Part shown: positions 27,954 through 37,012 of the stretch, piece after piece | How positions within the stretch are numbered: position 1 is the first letter of the stretch | Layout: each line of letters opens with the position of its first letter | Assembly: GCA_020636545.1 (NCBI GenBank) | Contig: JACJXS010000011.1 | Coordinates: 1,916-65,915, forward strand | DNA from: Chitinophagales bacterium | GTDB lineage: Bacteria > Bacteroidota > Bacteroidia > Chitinophagales > JADIYW01 | Reading direction: 5' to 3' | DNA: 64,000 bases | Notes under the pieces: model-generated | What the model was told of the DNA's origin: nothing | Databases searched by the model: none | What the model saw: the letters and a program-made list of their open reading frames with translations, nothing else | Position numbers and translations under genes: made by a program

Positions 27954-28994
27954 TCACTTATTGTCGATAATCTTTACTTTTTTCTTAGAAACAATATCTA
28001 AAGAATCTTGTGGTGTATCAACAGTAATATGTTTTGATTTATCAATTAAAGAAAGACTGATATACTTTTTAGGATTTTTCTTCAAGTCTGCTAATAAATC
28101 ATTTAAAGATTTAATAGTTCCTAGAACATCTTTATACAATGCATCATCATTCAGCAATTTAGCAATACTACCATCACCTTCATTTACTTTTTTAAGTGTA
28201 GTTTGTAATTGCTCTAAAGTATTTTTTGCAGAAGCAACCGTACTTTCCAAATCCATAACCGCTAACTTTCCAGAAAGCGTATTAAAGTTGGTAAGAATAC
28301 TATCAATCTTTCCAGTTTCTTTATTAAATGAAGCTGTCAAATTATTGACATTTGTTAGAATGCCATGTAAGTTTGATTTTTCTTCTGTAAAAGTATTGTC
28401 TAAAGTTTTAGCTAACTTATTTACAGATTGTAAAGTCCCTGATAAATCAGTCATAGCTTTCGTTAATAAATTATTTTCTCCACTACCTAAAGAATTATTC
28501 AAATTATTGACCATACCTGTAACAGAAGTCATTAAAGAATCTAATTTAGGTTTCACATCTGCAAATAAATCCACCGCTTGATCTAGCGTGTTTCCAATAG
28601 AAATACAAGATAGTGTATCTTGTTCTGTTGCATATTCGGTGCTTGTTCCACGCATTAAAGCAATACCCATTTTTCCTAACATATCTAAAGCAACAATCGC
28701 AAATTTACTATCTTTAGGTACATCAATATCTGAATCTAATTTTAAAATAAAAATTGCTTTATTAGGATATTTAGGGCTTCGAGAAATAGTAACTTCAGAT
28801 ACACGACCAATACCAACGCCATTTTCTAAAACTTGATTTGATGGTAATAATCCACCTGTTTGGTCTGCATAACAAACAATATATTTACTTGAAGAAAATA
28901 CATCTTCTCCTTTTAAATATTTATACCCTAAAATAAAAGCTATTATTCCAATAATCGTTAATGCTCCAACAGTAAATTCATTCTTATGTTTCAC
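27954..28994 (-). CDS. MCE/MlaD-family protein
   Basis: N-terminal TM helix (FTVGALTIIGIIAFILGY), an MCE domain (NGVGIGRVSEV...) and a long helical C-terminal region. Confidence 0.75.
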   Translation of the reverse strand: MKHKNEFTVGALTIIGIIAFILGYKYLKGEDVFSSSKYIVCYADQTGGLLPSNQVLENGVGIGRVSEVTISRSPKYPNKAIFILKLDSDIDVPKDSKFAIVALDMLGKMGIALMRGTSTEYATEQDTLSCISIGNTLDQAVDLFADVKPKLDSLMTSVTGMVNNLNNSLGSGENNLLTKAMTDLSGTLQSVNKLAKTLDNTFTEEKSNLHGILTNVNNLTASFNKETGKIDSILTNFNTLSGKLAVMDLESTVASAKNTLEQLQTTLKKVNEGDGSIAKLLNDDALYKDVLGTIKSLNDLLADLKKNPKKYISLSLIDKSKHITVDTPQDSLDIVSKKKVKIIDNK

Positions 28995-29026
28995 TCTAAT
29001 TTGTTATTTCTCACAAATATAAAAAA

Positions 29027-30259
29027 TTATTTTAAATATTTTTTTGATTCTGCAAGAGATAAACGAACACCATCTTTATAAACTGTGATAAATGCATCTG
29101 AATAGCCAATTTTTCTGACTTTAGCTTGCATCAAAATGGCATTTGCATAATTATCTATTGGCTCTGTAAGATATTTATATAAACCATCTATTTTTTCATA
29201 ATGTATTTTTACATCTGAATGATAGATTTTATGACTTTGAGGAAACAAAGTAGAACCAGCAGTAAGTTGAATTTTATATTCAATTCCATTAGATGATGCT
29301 ACATTATTTGAACTATTAGGACTTTCAATTGGTGGAGTAATTTTTACATTATCCGTATCTGTTTTTGCTTCTAAAATAGGCTTGATTTCTTCAGTATCTT
29401 CTTTGGTTGGCACATTGATTGGTTCTGGTTTTACAACAATCGGATTTGTTTTGATAGGATTTTTTTCAATATATGTTTTATAATCTAAAAATGCGTGATA
29501 TACAGATTCCGCCATATCATTTTGACCATTCTCTGAAGTTAAAAATTTTTCTTCTTTTGGATTGGTTAAGAAACCAGTTTCAATCAAAATAGAAGGGCAA
29601 GTTGTACGGTATAAAACCCAAAATCCTGCTTGTTTTACACCTCTGTTAAAACGTTTTAAATCATTCGCAAAATAATTTTGTACTCGTCCTGCTAAAAATG
29701 AACTTTGTTCAATATTTGCATTTTGTGCAAGTGAAAGTGCTATCAAACTTTCAGGCGAATCTGGGTCAAAACCATCGTAAGTTTTCTTATAATCTTTTTC
29801 CAATTTGATTACGGAGTTTTCACGAATCGCAACATCTAAGTTGGCTTCTGTTTTATGCAAACCCATTAAAAAGGTTTCAGAACCATAAGCTGAAGTGTTT
29901 ACATTTGCATTACAATGTATGGAAACAAATAAATCAGCTTTATTTTTATTTGCAATTGCTGCTCTTTCTTCTAATGGAATAAATACATCCGTTTTACGAG
30001 TATAAATAACTTTAATATTTGGATAATTTTGCTCTATAAGTTTTCCTACTTTCAAAACAATAGCAAGCGTAACATCTTTTTCATGTGAATGTCCCGAATA
30101 GCCTTTACAACCAGCGTCATGTCCGCCATGACCAGCATCTAAAACAATAGTCTTAAACTTAAATTCAGCATAAGCGTATTGGCTTTGTAAAAAGAATATA
30201 CAGATAAAAAGTAAGGAAGATTTTATAATTGAAGTAATAACATTATTTTTGGTGTTCAT
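29027..30259 (-). CDS. N-acetylmuramoyl-L-alanine amidase (amidase_3) with C-terminal SPOR-like domain
   Basis: IVLDAGHGGHDAG, FVSIHCNA and ILIETGFLTNP motifs. The C-terminal ~80 aa (YKIQL...AFITVY) resemble a SPOR domain. Confidence 0.85.
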   Translation of the reverse strand: MNTKNNVITSIIKSSLLFICIFFLQSQYAYAEFKFKTIVLDAGHGGHDAGCKGYSGHSHEKDVTLAIVLKVGKLIEQNYPNIKVIYTRKTDVFIPLEERAAIANKNKADLFVSIHCNANVNTSAYGSETFLMGLHKTEANLDVAIRENSVIKLEKDYKKTYDGFDPDSPESLIALSLAQNANIEQSSFLAGRVQNYFANDLKRFNRGVKQAGFWVLYRTTCPSILIETGFLTNPKEEKFLTSENGQNDMAESVYHAFLDYKTYIEKNPIKTNPIVVKPEPINVPTKEDTEEIKPILEAKTDTDNVKITPPIESPNSSNNVASSNGIEYKIQLTAGSTLFPQSHKIYHSDVKIHYEKIDGLYKYLTEPIDNYANAILMQAKVRKIGYSDAFITVYKDGVRLSLAESKKYLK

Positions 30260-30270
30260 AAAATTACTTT

Positions 30271-33021
30271 TTGGGTTATCAAAAGATATATCGTTTATTC
30301 GTATTTATTAGTTGCATTATATCGTTTGGATTAGGCTTCAGTCAATCAGACAGCATAAACAATGCCAATCTTATAGATACGATACAATCTATTGATACAA
30401 ATATAGTGAGATTGGATACATTATTGCAAAATGAGAATTCCACAAATGTGGAAGTTCAGACCTATAAAATTGCAGATGACCAACTAGAAGATATTGTAAA
30501 ATATAAAGCAAAGGACTCGATTATATACTCTATTAGTGATAAAACAATGTATTTATATGGAGAAGCCAATATTTCATATCAAGAAATGCAAATGTGGGCA
30601 ACACAAATTCGTTATAATTGGGACAATGGCGAAGTTACAGCACTCGGTGGAATGAATGATACTACTGGATATTATGACAAAGTTTACTTTACACAAGCAG
30701 GAGAAAATTTTGAGGCAGATTCAGCACGATTTAATTTTAAAACTAAAAAGGGAAAGAGCTTTGGTTTAGTAACCAAACAGTTAGATGGATTTTTACATTC
30801 TGAAACTGTGAAAGTAATGAATGAAGATATGTTCTATGCTAAAAATGCTCGCTATACAACCTGTGATTTGGACCACCCACATTTCTATGTTGAAATTGCA
30901 AAAGCTAAAGTCGTAAAAGATAAGTTTATCGTAGGAAAACCAGCTGACCTTGTGATTGCAGATGTTCGGACACCTCTTTTTTTACCCTTTGCTTTTATTC
31001 CAAATATCAATAAAAAAGAAAAGCAAGGCTCAGGTTTAATTTTTCCAACTTATGGAGACCAACAAGATTTAGGATTTTTCTTAAAAGGTTTAGGTTATTA
31101 TCATAAAATCAATGAAAAAATGGATATATCTACCACTGTAGATATTTATACATTAGGAAGTTGGGCAATAAACCTTACCTCTTCTTATAAAAAGTTATAC
31201 AAATTATACGGTAATTTTAATATGAATGTTGGACAAGTACGGAGAGGATTTGCCAACGAAAAACGAAATCCAAACTATACAAAACCTCCTATTGATTTTA
31301 GTGTAAATTGGAACTTAAATCTCGATCCAAAACGATTGTATAATGCCACATTTGGATTAAGTTTAAACGTTGTTAGTAGCAGACGTTATCAGCAATTAAG
31401 CAACCAAGATCCATTGAAAGTGGTATCCAATACTTTTACATCAAGTATTAGTTATAATAAAACATTTCCAGGAAAACCATTCTCATTAGGCATTTCAAGC
31501 AATTATGTTCAGAATACTGAAACTAAAGCTGTTACACTTACCTTGCCAAATTTTAATTTTGCAGTTACTAGAATTAATCCTTTTGAGAAGAAAATAAGAA
31601 GTACTTCAAGAAAATGGTATGAAGAAATTGGCTTTAGTTATTCATTAAATGCAGTGAATAATATCAATACTTATGATTCTATTTTCTTTAAAAGAGAAAC
31701 ATTAAACAGAATGAAAAATGGTATTGTTCAAAATTTACCTATCTCTGCAAATTTTAGATTGTTTAAATTCTTAAATTTCAACACTACTTTTAATTATACT
31801 GAACGTTGGCATTTTTATTATACCGACAGAGTATTTAGAGATACTTTGACGTATTTTGATACCAGAGATAGTGTATATAAATTAAGAAGAAACGTTACCG
31901 AAATTGATACAACTTATAAGTTCAATACAAATAGAAACTTTGGATTAAATTTAGGTTTAAGTACTAATCTTTATGGAACTTTTCAATTCAAAAAATCTAA
32001 ATTGATGGCAATACGGCACACTTTTCGACCATCGATGAGTTTTAATTTTACACCAGACTTTAGTAAGCCTTTATGGAATGCTTGGCGAACCGTTCAGACT
32101 GATACATCAGGCAGAACAACAGACTATTCGAGATATGAATATACACAATTTGGTGGTCCTTCTAAAGGAAAAAATGCAAGTATCAACTTCAATTTTTCTA
32201 ATACTTTGGAAATAAAAATAAAATCTAAAAAAGATACAATTACTGGAACACGGAAAATAACCTTATTAGATGCTTTGAATTTTGGTGTTGGATATAATTT
32301 TGCTGCTGAAAAATTCAAATTAAATTTCTCAGGAATTTCAGGAAGTACGCATATTACAGACAAATTAAATATGAATTTCAGAGTGGGTATGGATCCTTAC
32401 GCACTAGATACAAATGGTGTACGGATAAATGAATTTTATTTTAAACATAAAAAAAGATTTTTTCGATTTACAGGAATGGATATAAGTTTGAATGGGTCTT
32501 ACACTTCTAAAAAATATAACAATAGTGGAACGATGCGTATGCAACAAGAACAAGGTTTGGATTTATCGCCAACTTTCAGAAATATTTATCAATTAGGTTA
32601 TTATAATTTTGATATACCTTGGAGCATTAATTATAATTATTCTTTGAATTGGAGCAAATCATTTGTCAATAAAAAAGATACGAATATCATTACGCAAGCA
32701 ATAGGAATTGGATTGGATTTTAATATCACATCTAAGTGGAAAATCAATGTAAATACAGGATTTGACCTAACCAATAAACGAGTAACTAGAACAGATATTA
32801 GTGTCGTTCGTGATTTGCATTGTTGGCAATTGGAAATGCGTTGGTCGCCAATTGCTGCACAACAATCTTTCTTTATCACAATTTATGTCAAATCTCAACA
32901 ATTTAATTTCTTACGATTACAAAAACAAAAATCCTTCTTTGACTCAGGATTCTTCGGTTCAGGTGGTGCTGGTATGGGTGGTTTAGGAAATATGATGGGT
33001 GGAGTTGCCAATACATTCTAA
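30271..33021 (+). CDS. lptD: putative LPS-assembly outer-membrane protein LptD (Bacteroidota type)
   Basis: 916 aa with a signal peptide, an OstA-like N-terminal part and a long beta-strand-rich barrel region ending in an aromatic residue. Divergent from the amidase gene. TTG start as in the ORF track. Confidence 0.6.
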   Translation: MGYQKIYRLFVFISCIISFGLGFSQSDSINNANLIDTIQSIDTNIVRLDTLLQNENSTNVEVQTYKIADDQLEDIVKYKAKDSIIYSISDKTMYLYGEANISYQEMQMWATQIRYNWDNGEVTALGGMNDTTGYYDKVYFTQAGENFEADSARFNFKTKKGKSFGLVTKQLDGFLHSETVKVMNEDMFYAKNARYTTCDLDHPHFYVEIAKAKVVKDKFIVGKPADLVIADVRTPLFLPFAFIPNINKKEKQGSGLIFPTYGDQQDLGFFLKGLGYYHKINEKMDISTTVDIYTLGSWAINLTSSYKKLYKLYGNFNMNVGQVRRGFANEKRNPNYTKPPIDFSVNWNLNLDPKRLYNATFGLSLNVVSSRRYQQLSNQDPLKVVSNTFTSSISYNKTFPGKPFSLGISSNYVQNTETKAVTLTLPNFNFAVTRINPFEKKIRSTSRKWYEEIGFSYSLNAVNNINTYDSIFFKRETLNRMKNGIVQNLPISANFRLFKFLNFNTTFNYTERWHFYYTDRVFRDTLTYFDTRDSVYKLRRNVTEIDTTYKFNTNRNFGLNLGLSTNLYGTFQFKKSKLMAIRHTFRPSMSFNFTPDFSKPLWNAWRTVQTDTSGRTTDYSRYEYTQFGGPSKGKNASINFNFSNTLEIKIKSKKDTITGTRKITLLDALNFGVGYNFAAEKFKLNFSGISGSTHITDKLNMNFRVGMDPYALDTNGVRINEFYFKHKKRFFRFTGMDISLNGSYTSKKYNNSGTMRMQQEQGLDLSPTFRNIYQLGYYNFDIPWSINYNYSLNWSKSFVNKKDTNIITQAIGIGLDFNITSKWKINVNTGFDLTNKRVTRTDISVVRDLHCWQLEMRWSPIAAQQSFFITIYVKSQQFNFLRLQKQKSFFDSGFFGSGGAGMGGLGNMMGGVANTF

Positions 33022-33055
33022 AAATTTTGTATTTTTACATAAACGGATTAAAACT

Positions 33056-33208
33056 ATGCTCGAATTAATTAAAGATTTAAGTCAGTTTCTATGGGAACGC
33101 AAACAATGGTGGTTATTTCCATTGATAATTAGTTTAATTCTAGTGGCATTGTTAATTGTATTTGGTGGTTCAACTGCTGTAACGCCATTTGTTTATTCCA
33201 TCTTCTAA
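33056..33208 (+). CDS. DUF5989-family small membrane protein
   Basis: MLELIKDLSQFLWERKQWWLFPLIISLILVALLIVFGG...FVYSIF matches the family pattern. ATG at 33056 preferred over the track start at 32999, which overlaps the end of lptD. Confidence 0.6.
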   Translation: MLELIKDLSQFLWERKQWWLFPLIISLILVALLIVFGGSTAVTPFVYSIF

Positions 33209-33534
33209 TGCAATTTATTAAGCAAAATAAAGAGATTTTTATTCAAATTATTGTCTTCAGTATTATAGGCATTGGATTGCATAAAACATTTTTACTTTAT
33301 TGGTCTTTAGGGTTAATTATTTTATTATTTATACCGCAATTGGCTTCCAAATATATTGACATTTTAAATAGATTCATTCATTTATTTGGCTATATTTTAA
33401 AAACAATATTATTTAGTATTTTATTTGTATTCATCCTTTGTCCTGTAGCCATTTTCAAGAAAAAAAGTAATAAAATGGGCTATATTCATCGAAATATAAT
33501 TTTGAGCAAAAAATCATTTGAAAAAATGTGGTAA
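33208..33534 (+). CDS. SxtJ-family small membrane protein
   Basis: 108 aa, two or three TM helices. Its start abuts the stop of the DUF5989 gene, which is the usual pairing. Confidence 0.5.
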   Translation: MQFIKQNKEIFIQIIVFSIIGIGLHKTFLLYWSLGLIILLFIPQLASKYIDILNRFIHLFGYILKTILFSILFVFILCPVAIFKKKSNKMGYIHRNIILSKKSFEKMW

Positions 33535-33574
33535 TTGCTAATATTCAGATACCAAAGAATTGCTAAAAAATCAC

Positions 33575-33582
33575 TATCTTTG
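33575..33582 (+). promoter_or_regulatory. TAnnTTTG -7 box (tatctttg) upstream of ffh
   Basis: Exact consensus match, 24 nt before the ffh ATG. Confidence 0.45.
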
Positions 33583-33605
33583 CAACAATTTTAAAGCAAA
33601 GTTTT

Positions 33606-34910
33606 ATGTTTGAGAATTTACAGGATAAATTAGAAGGAGCGTTTAAAAACCTTAAAGGTCAAGGAAAAATAACGGATATTAATATTGCTACAACCGTGAA
33701 GGAAATCCGTAGAGCATTGGTTGATGCCGACGTAAACTATAAAATTGCTAAAGAATTTACAGATACAATTAAGGGTAAAGCATTAGGACAAAATGTACTA
33801 ACAGCAGTTTCTCCAGGTCAATTAATGGTCAAAATTGTAAGCGATGAATTGACCGAATTGATGGGTGGAACCGTTACTGAATTGAACGTAAAAGAAAAAC
33901 CAACAATTATTTTAATTTCAGGACTACAAGGTTCAGGAAAAACTACATTTTCTGGTAAATTATCTTACTATTTAAAAAATAAATTAAAAAAATCTCCTTT
34001 ATTGGTAGCTTGCGACGTTTATAGACCAGCTGCGATTGAGCAGTTGAAAGTATTGGGTGAGCAAAATAAAGTGGAAGTTTATGCTGAAATTGAGAATAAA
34101 AATCCAGTAGAAATTGCACAAAATGCAATTAATTATGCGAATCAAAAGGGTTATAATGTCATCATTATAGATACTGCAGGTCGTTTAGCTGTTGATGAGC
34201 AAATGATGCAAGAAATTTATGATGTAAAAACTGCAATTAAACCAACAGAAACTTTATTTGTCGTGGATTCCATGACAGGACAAGATGCAGTGAATACAGC
34301 AAAAGCCTTCAATGATAGAATTAATTTTGATGGTGTTGTATTAACCAAATTAGATGGTGATACAAGAGGTGGAGCTGCTTTATCTATTAAATATACCGTA
34401 AATAAACCTATAAAATTTGTAAGCCGTGGTGAAAAAATGGAAACGTTAGACGTTTTCTTCCCAGATAGAATGGCACAGAGAATATTAGGTATGGGTGATA
34501 TCGTTTCATTCGTTGAAAAAGCCCAAGAACAATTCGATGAAAAAGAAGCTCAAAAATTAAGTAAGAAAATTGCTAAAAACCAATTTGATTTTGATGACTT
34601 TTTACAACAAATCAATCAAATCAGAAAGATGGGTAACTTAAAAGATTTATTAGGTATGATACCTGGCGTTGGTAAAGCAATGAAAGATATTGATATTGAT
34701 GATAATGCTTTCAAGAAAATTGAAGCTATGATATTTTCTATGACGCCTCATGAAAGAGCCAATCCAGATGTTTTAAATGGCAAAAGAAGAGAACGTATTG
34801 CAAAAGGAAGTGGTAGTTCAATTCAAGATGTCAATAATTTTGTCAAGCAATTTGACCAAATGAAAGTGATGATGAAGCGTTTCCAAGGAATGGGAATGAA
34901 ACAAAAATAG
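33606..34910 (+). CDS. ffh: signal recognition particle protein
   Basis: N domain, SRP54 GTPase motifs (GLQGSGKTT, DTAGR, TKLDGD) and a Met-rich M domain. Confidence 0.95.
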   Translation: MFENLQDKLEGAFKNLKGQGKITDINIATTVKEIRRALVDADVNYKIAKEFTDTIKGKALGQNVLTAVSPGQLMVKIVSDELTELMGGTVTELNVKEKPTIILISGLQGSGKTTFSGKLSYYLKNKLKKSPLLVACDVYRPAAIEQLKVLGEQNKVEVYAEIENKNPVEIAQNAINYANQKGYNVIIIDTAGRLAVDEQMMQEIYDVKTAIKPTETLFVVDSMTGQDAVNTAKAFNDRINFDGVVLTKLDGDTRGGAALSIKYTVNKPIKFVSRGEKMETLDVFFPDRMAQRILGMGDIVSFVEKAQEQFDEKEAQKLSKKIAKNQFDFDDFLQQINQIRKMGNLKDLLGMIPGVGKAMKDIDIDDNAFKKIEAMIFSMTPHERANPDVLNGKRRERIAKGSGSSIQDVNNFVKQFDQMKVMMKRFQGMGMKQK

Positions 34911-34923
34911 GCTTAAGATACTT

Positions 34924-36213
34924 TCAATGATTAGATACTTTTTTATCTAAGTCGTAAGTGTAAACATTGTAAGGAAAAATCAATTTTGCAAAGAAATTAG
35001 CAATCAAACAGCAAATTAGTAATGGAAAAAATAATTCATATCCATTAGGTACTAAATTACATATTAAAAATAAAGAAGTAAATGGTGCATAAATAGCAGC
35101 TGATAAAGTTGTTGCAGCTCCAATTAATGCAAAGTTTAATAATTGTAAGGAAGTTCCTAAATATACATTACAAATTAGAGCAAAAGCAACACCCAAAAAT
35201 GCACCAGCAACAATACTAGGTGCAAAGACACCGCCATCGCCTCCAGCTCCCAATGTTAATGATGATGCTAATGGTTTTAGCAATGCAATAAACAATAAAA
35301 ACAAAATTGAGTAATTATGATAACCACCAATCATTTCTTCTAATGCATGATAACTATCACCATAAATAAATGGAAAAAAACAAATCATAGTGCCAACGGC
35401 TAATGCTCCAAGATTGACACGAATAAAATTATTATTTATTCCAGAGAAGTAGCCTTTAATTCTAAGTACCAAAATAGTAAAATAGATAGACAAAGAACCA
35501 CCAAACAAACTTAAAACTATCATAAAAGGAATAGCATACCAATTCCAACCAGTAACTGCAATGGGAAGAATAGGTTCAGGATGTAAAATCTGTAAAAAAA
35601 TCCAGGCAACAAAGGTTGCTATTGTGCAACATAGTACAAAAGCTCGATTCATTTTTTTTGCAATCACTTCCCAAGCAAAAAGCCAACCAGCTATCGGACT
35701 ATTAAATAAAATTGCAATACCAGCGGCAACACCTGCACTCACCAATTCTCTTTTATAAGCTCTTGCTCCAAAATCTTTTTTATAAACTGTATTGCCTAAA
35801 GTTGCAGTTGCCACCACCGTTGAGACTTCAATTCCTGTTGAACCTCCAAAAATTACAGTCAAAAAACCATTGATATAATGTGAGGGTAACTTGAATAATG
35901 GAAGATGGTCTTTAGGATAATCGAGTGTATTATAAATCTCACTAATGCCTTTGTTTTTCTTATTATGAAAAACATATTTTCTTAGATAATATATAGAAGT
36001 AATACCAATAGTCGGTAGGAAAATATAAACTAATGGATGATATTGTTTCGCAGAGTGAAAAATTTGATGTTCAAAATATTCCGTAATTCCCATTAAGCTA
36101 ATTGCTAATAGTGAAGCAAATAGACCTATGGTAACAGCATAAATTATTAAAACAAAACTATCCTTTTTATTCATTCTACTCAATACTGAATCAATACTCA
36201 TAAGTTCTTTCAT
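34924..36213 (-). CDS. ClC-family voltage-gated chloride channel protein
   Basis: Polytopic membrane protein with GGSTGIE (GSGIP-like) and GGVFAPS motifs. Confidence 0.75.
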   Translation of the reverse strand: MKELMSIDSVLSRMNKKDSFVLIIYAVTIGLFASLLAISLMGITEYFEHQIFHSAKQYHPLVYIFLPTIGITSIYYLRKYVFHNKKNKGISEIYNTLDYPKDHLPLFKLPSHYINGFLTVIFGGSTGIEVSTVVATATLGNTVYKKDFGARAYKRELVSAGVAAGIAILFNSPIAGWLFAWEVIAKKMNRAFVLCCTIATFVAWIFLQILHPEPILPIAVTGWNWYAIPFMIVLSLFGGSLSIYFTILVLRIKGYFSGINNNFIRVNLGALAVGTMICFFPFIYGDSYHALEEMIGGYHNYSILFLLFIALLKPLASSLTLGAGGDGGVFAPSIVAGAFLGVAFALICNVYLGTSLQLLNFALIGAATTLSAAIYAPFTSLFLICNLVPNGYELFFPLLICCLIANFFAKLIFPYNVYTYDLDKKVSNH

Positions 36214-36350
36214 TAAGTATTGATTGGTTTTTATTAGGTATAAAAATAAAATGAATACCTAAAATTATACAACAGACTTATAAGAAATTATAAAAAGATA
36301 TTTATAAATTCATTTTATATTAACGTGATTCAAATCGTATTAAAAAACAA

Positions 36351-37007
36351 TCATAATTTAATTGCTCTGGTCATTTCTCTTTTTCCAATTGGACCTGGCA
36401 AACTTTCAATATTAAAACCAACTGATTTTAGAGTTCTTTTTACAATTCCTTTAGCACAATATGTAACCAAACAACCGCCATCATCAAGCATATCATACAT
36501 TTTTTGGAACATTTCAACTGTCCAAAGTTCATCTTGAGCTGAAGGTGCAAACGCATCATAATATATCAAATCAAATAACTGAGAAGGCTTATAATCATTA
36601 ATATCTTGGAGATATTTTGTAAATCTAAAATTCTCTCCAATATTCAACATTTTATTAGACTTGATTTGATGAAGTTCTAAAAAATTGGGATGATTAAAGT
36701 TTGGAAATTGTACTAATTTATTTATTGATTCCAATGTCAATGGGTATAACTCAATTGCATGATAATCTACAAAAACATTATGCTGTTGTGCATAATTCAA
36801 AGTTAGCAAGGCATTAAGCCCAGTTCCTAAACCCATTTCAAAAATCCGGATAGATGGTTGTTGCTTGGCTTTATAATCCAATCCTGCTTGAATAAATACA
36901 TGTAAAGATTCTTGCATTGAACCATGAATTGAATGATAATGTTCATCAAAACGCTCAACATACAAAGTGGGGGAACCATCATTTGTTATTACCAAATCAA
37001 TATCCAA
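36351..37007 (-). CDS. mnmD: tRNA (mnm5s2U34)-methyltransferase, stand-alone MnmC methyltransferase-domain type
   Basis: TNDGSPTLY...YHSIHG N-terminus, SAM motif EMGLGTGLN, YDAFAP motif, 218 aa. Confidence 0.75.
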   Translation of the reverse strand: MDIDLVITNDGSPTLYVERFDEHYHSIHGSMQESLHVFIQAGLDYKAKQQPSIRIFEMGLGTGLNALLTLNYAQQHNVFVDYHAIELYPLTLESINKLVQFPNFNHPNFLELHQIKSNKMLNIGENFRFTKYLQDINDYKPSQLFDLIYYDAFAPSAQDELWTVEMFQKMYDMLDDGGCLVTYCAKGIVKRTLKSVGFNIESLPGPIGKREMTRAIKL

Positions 37008-37012
37008 AATCC

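Noticed and set aside
27862-28581. 239-aa + strand ORF
   Set aside because: Apart from its first ~90 nt, it is antisense to the MlaD-family gene. That gene has a clear TM helix and MCE domain, while this ORF has no motifs.
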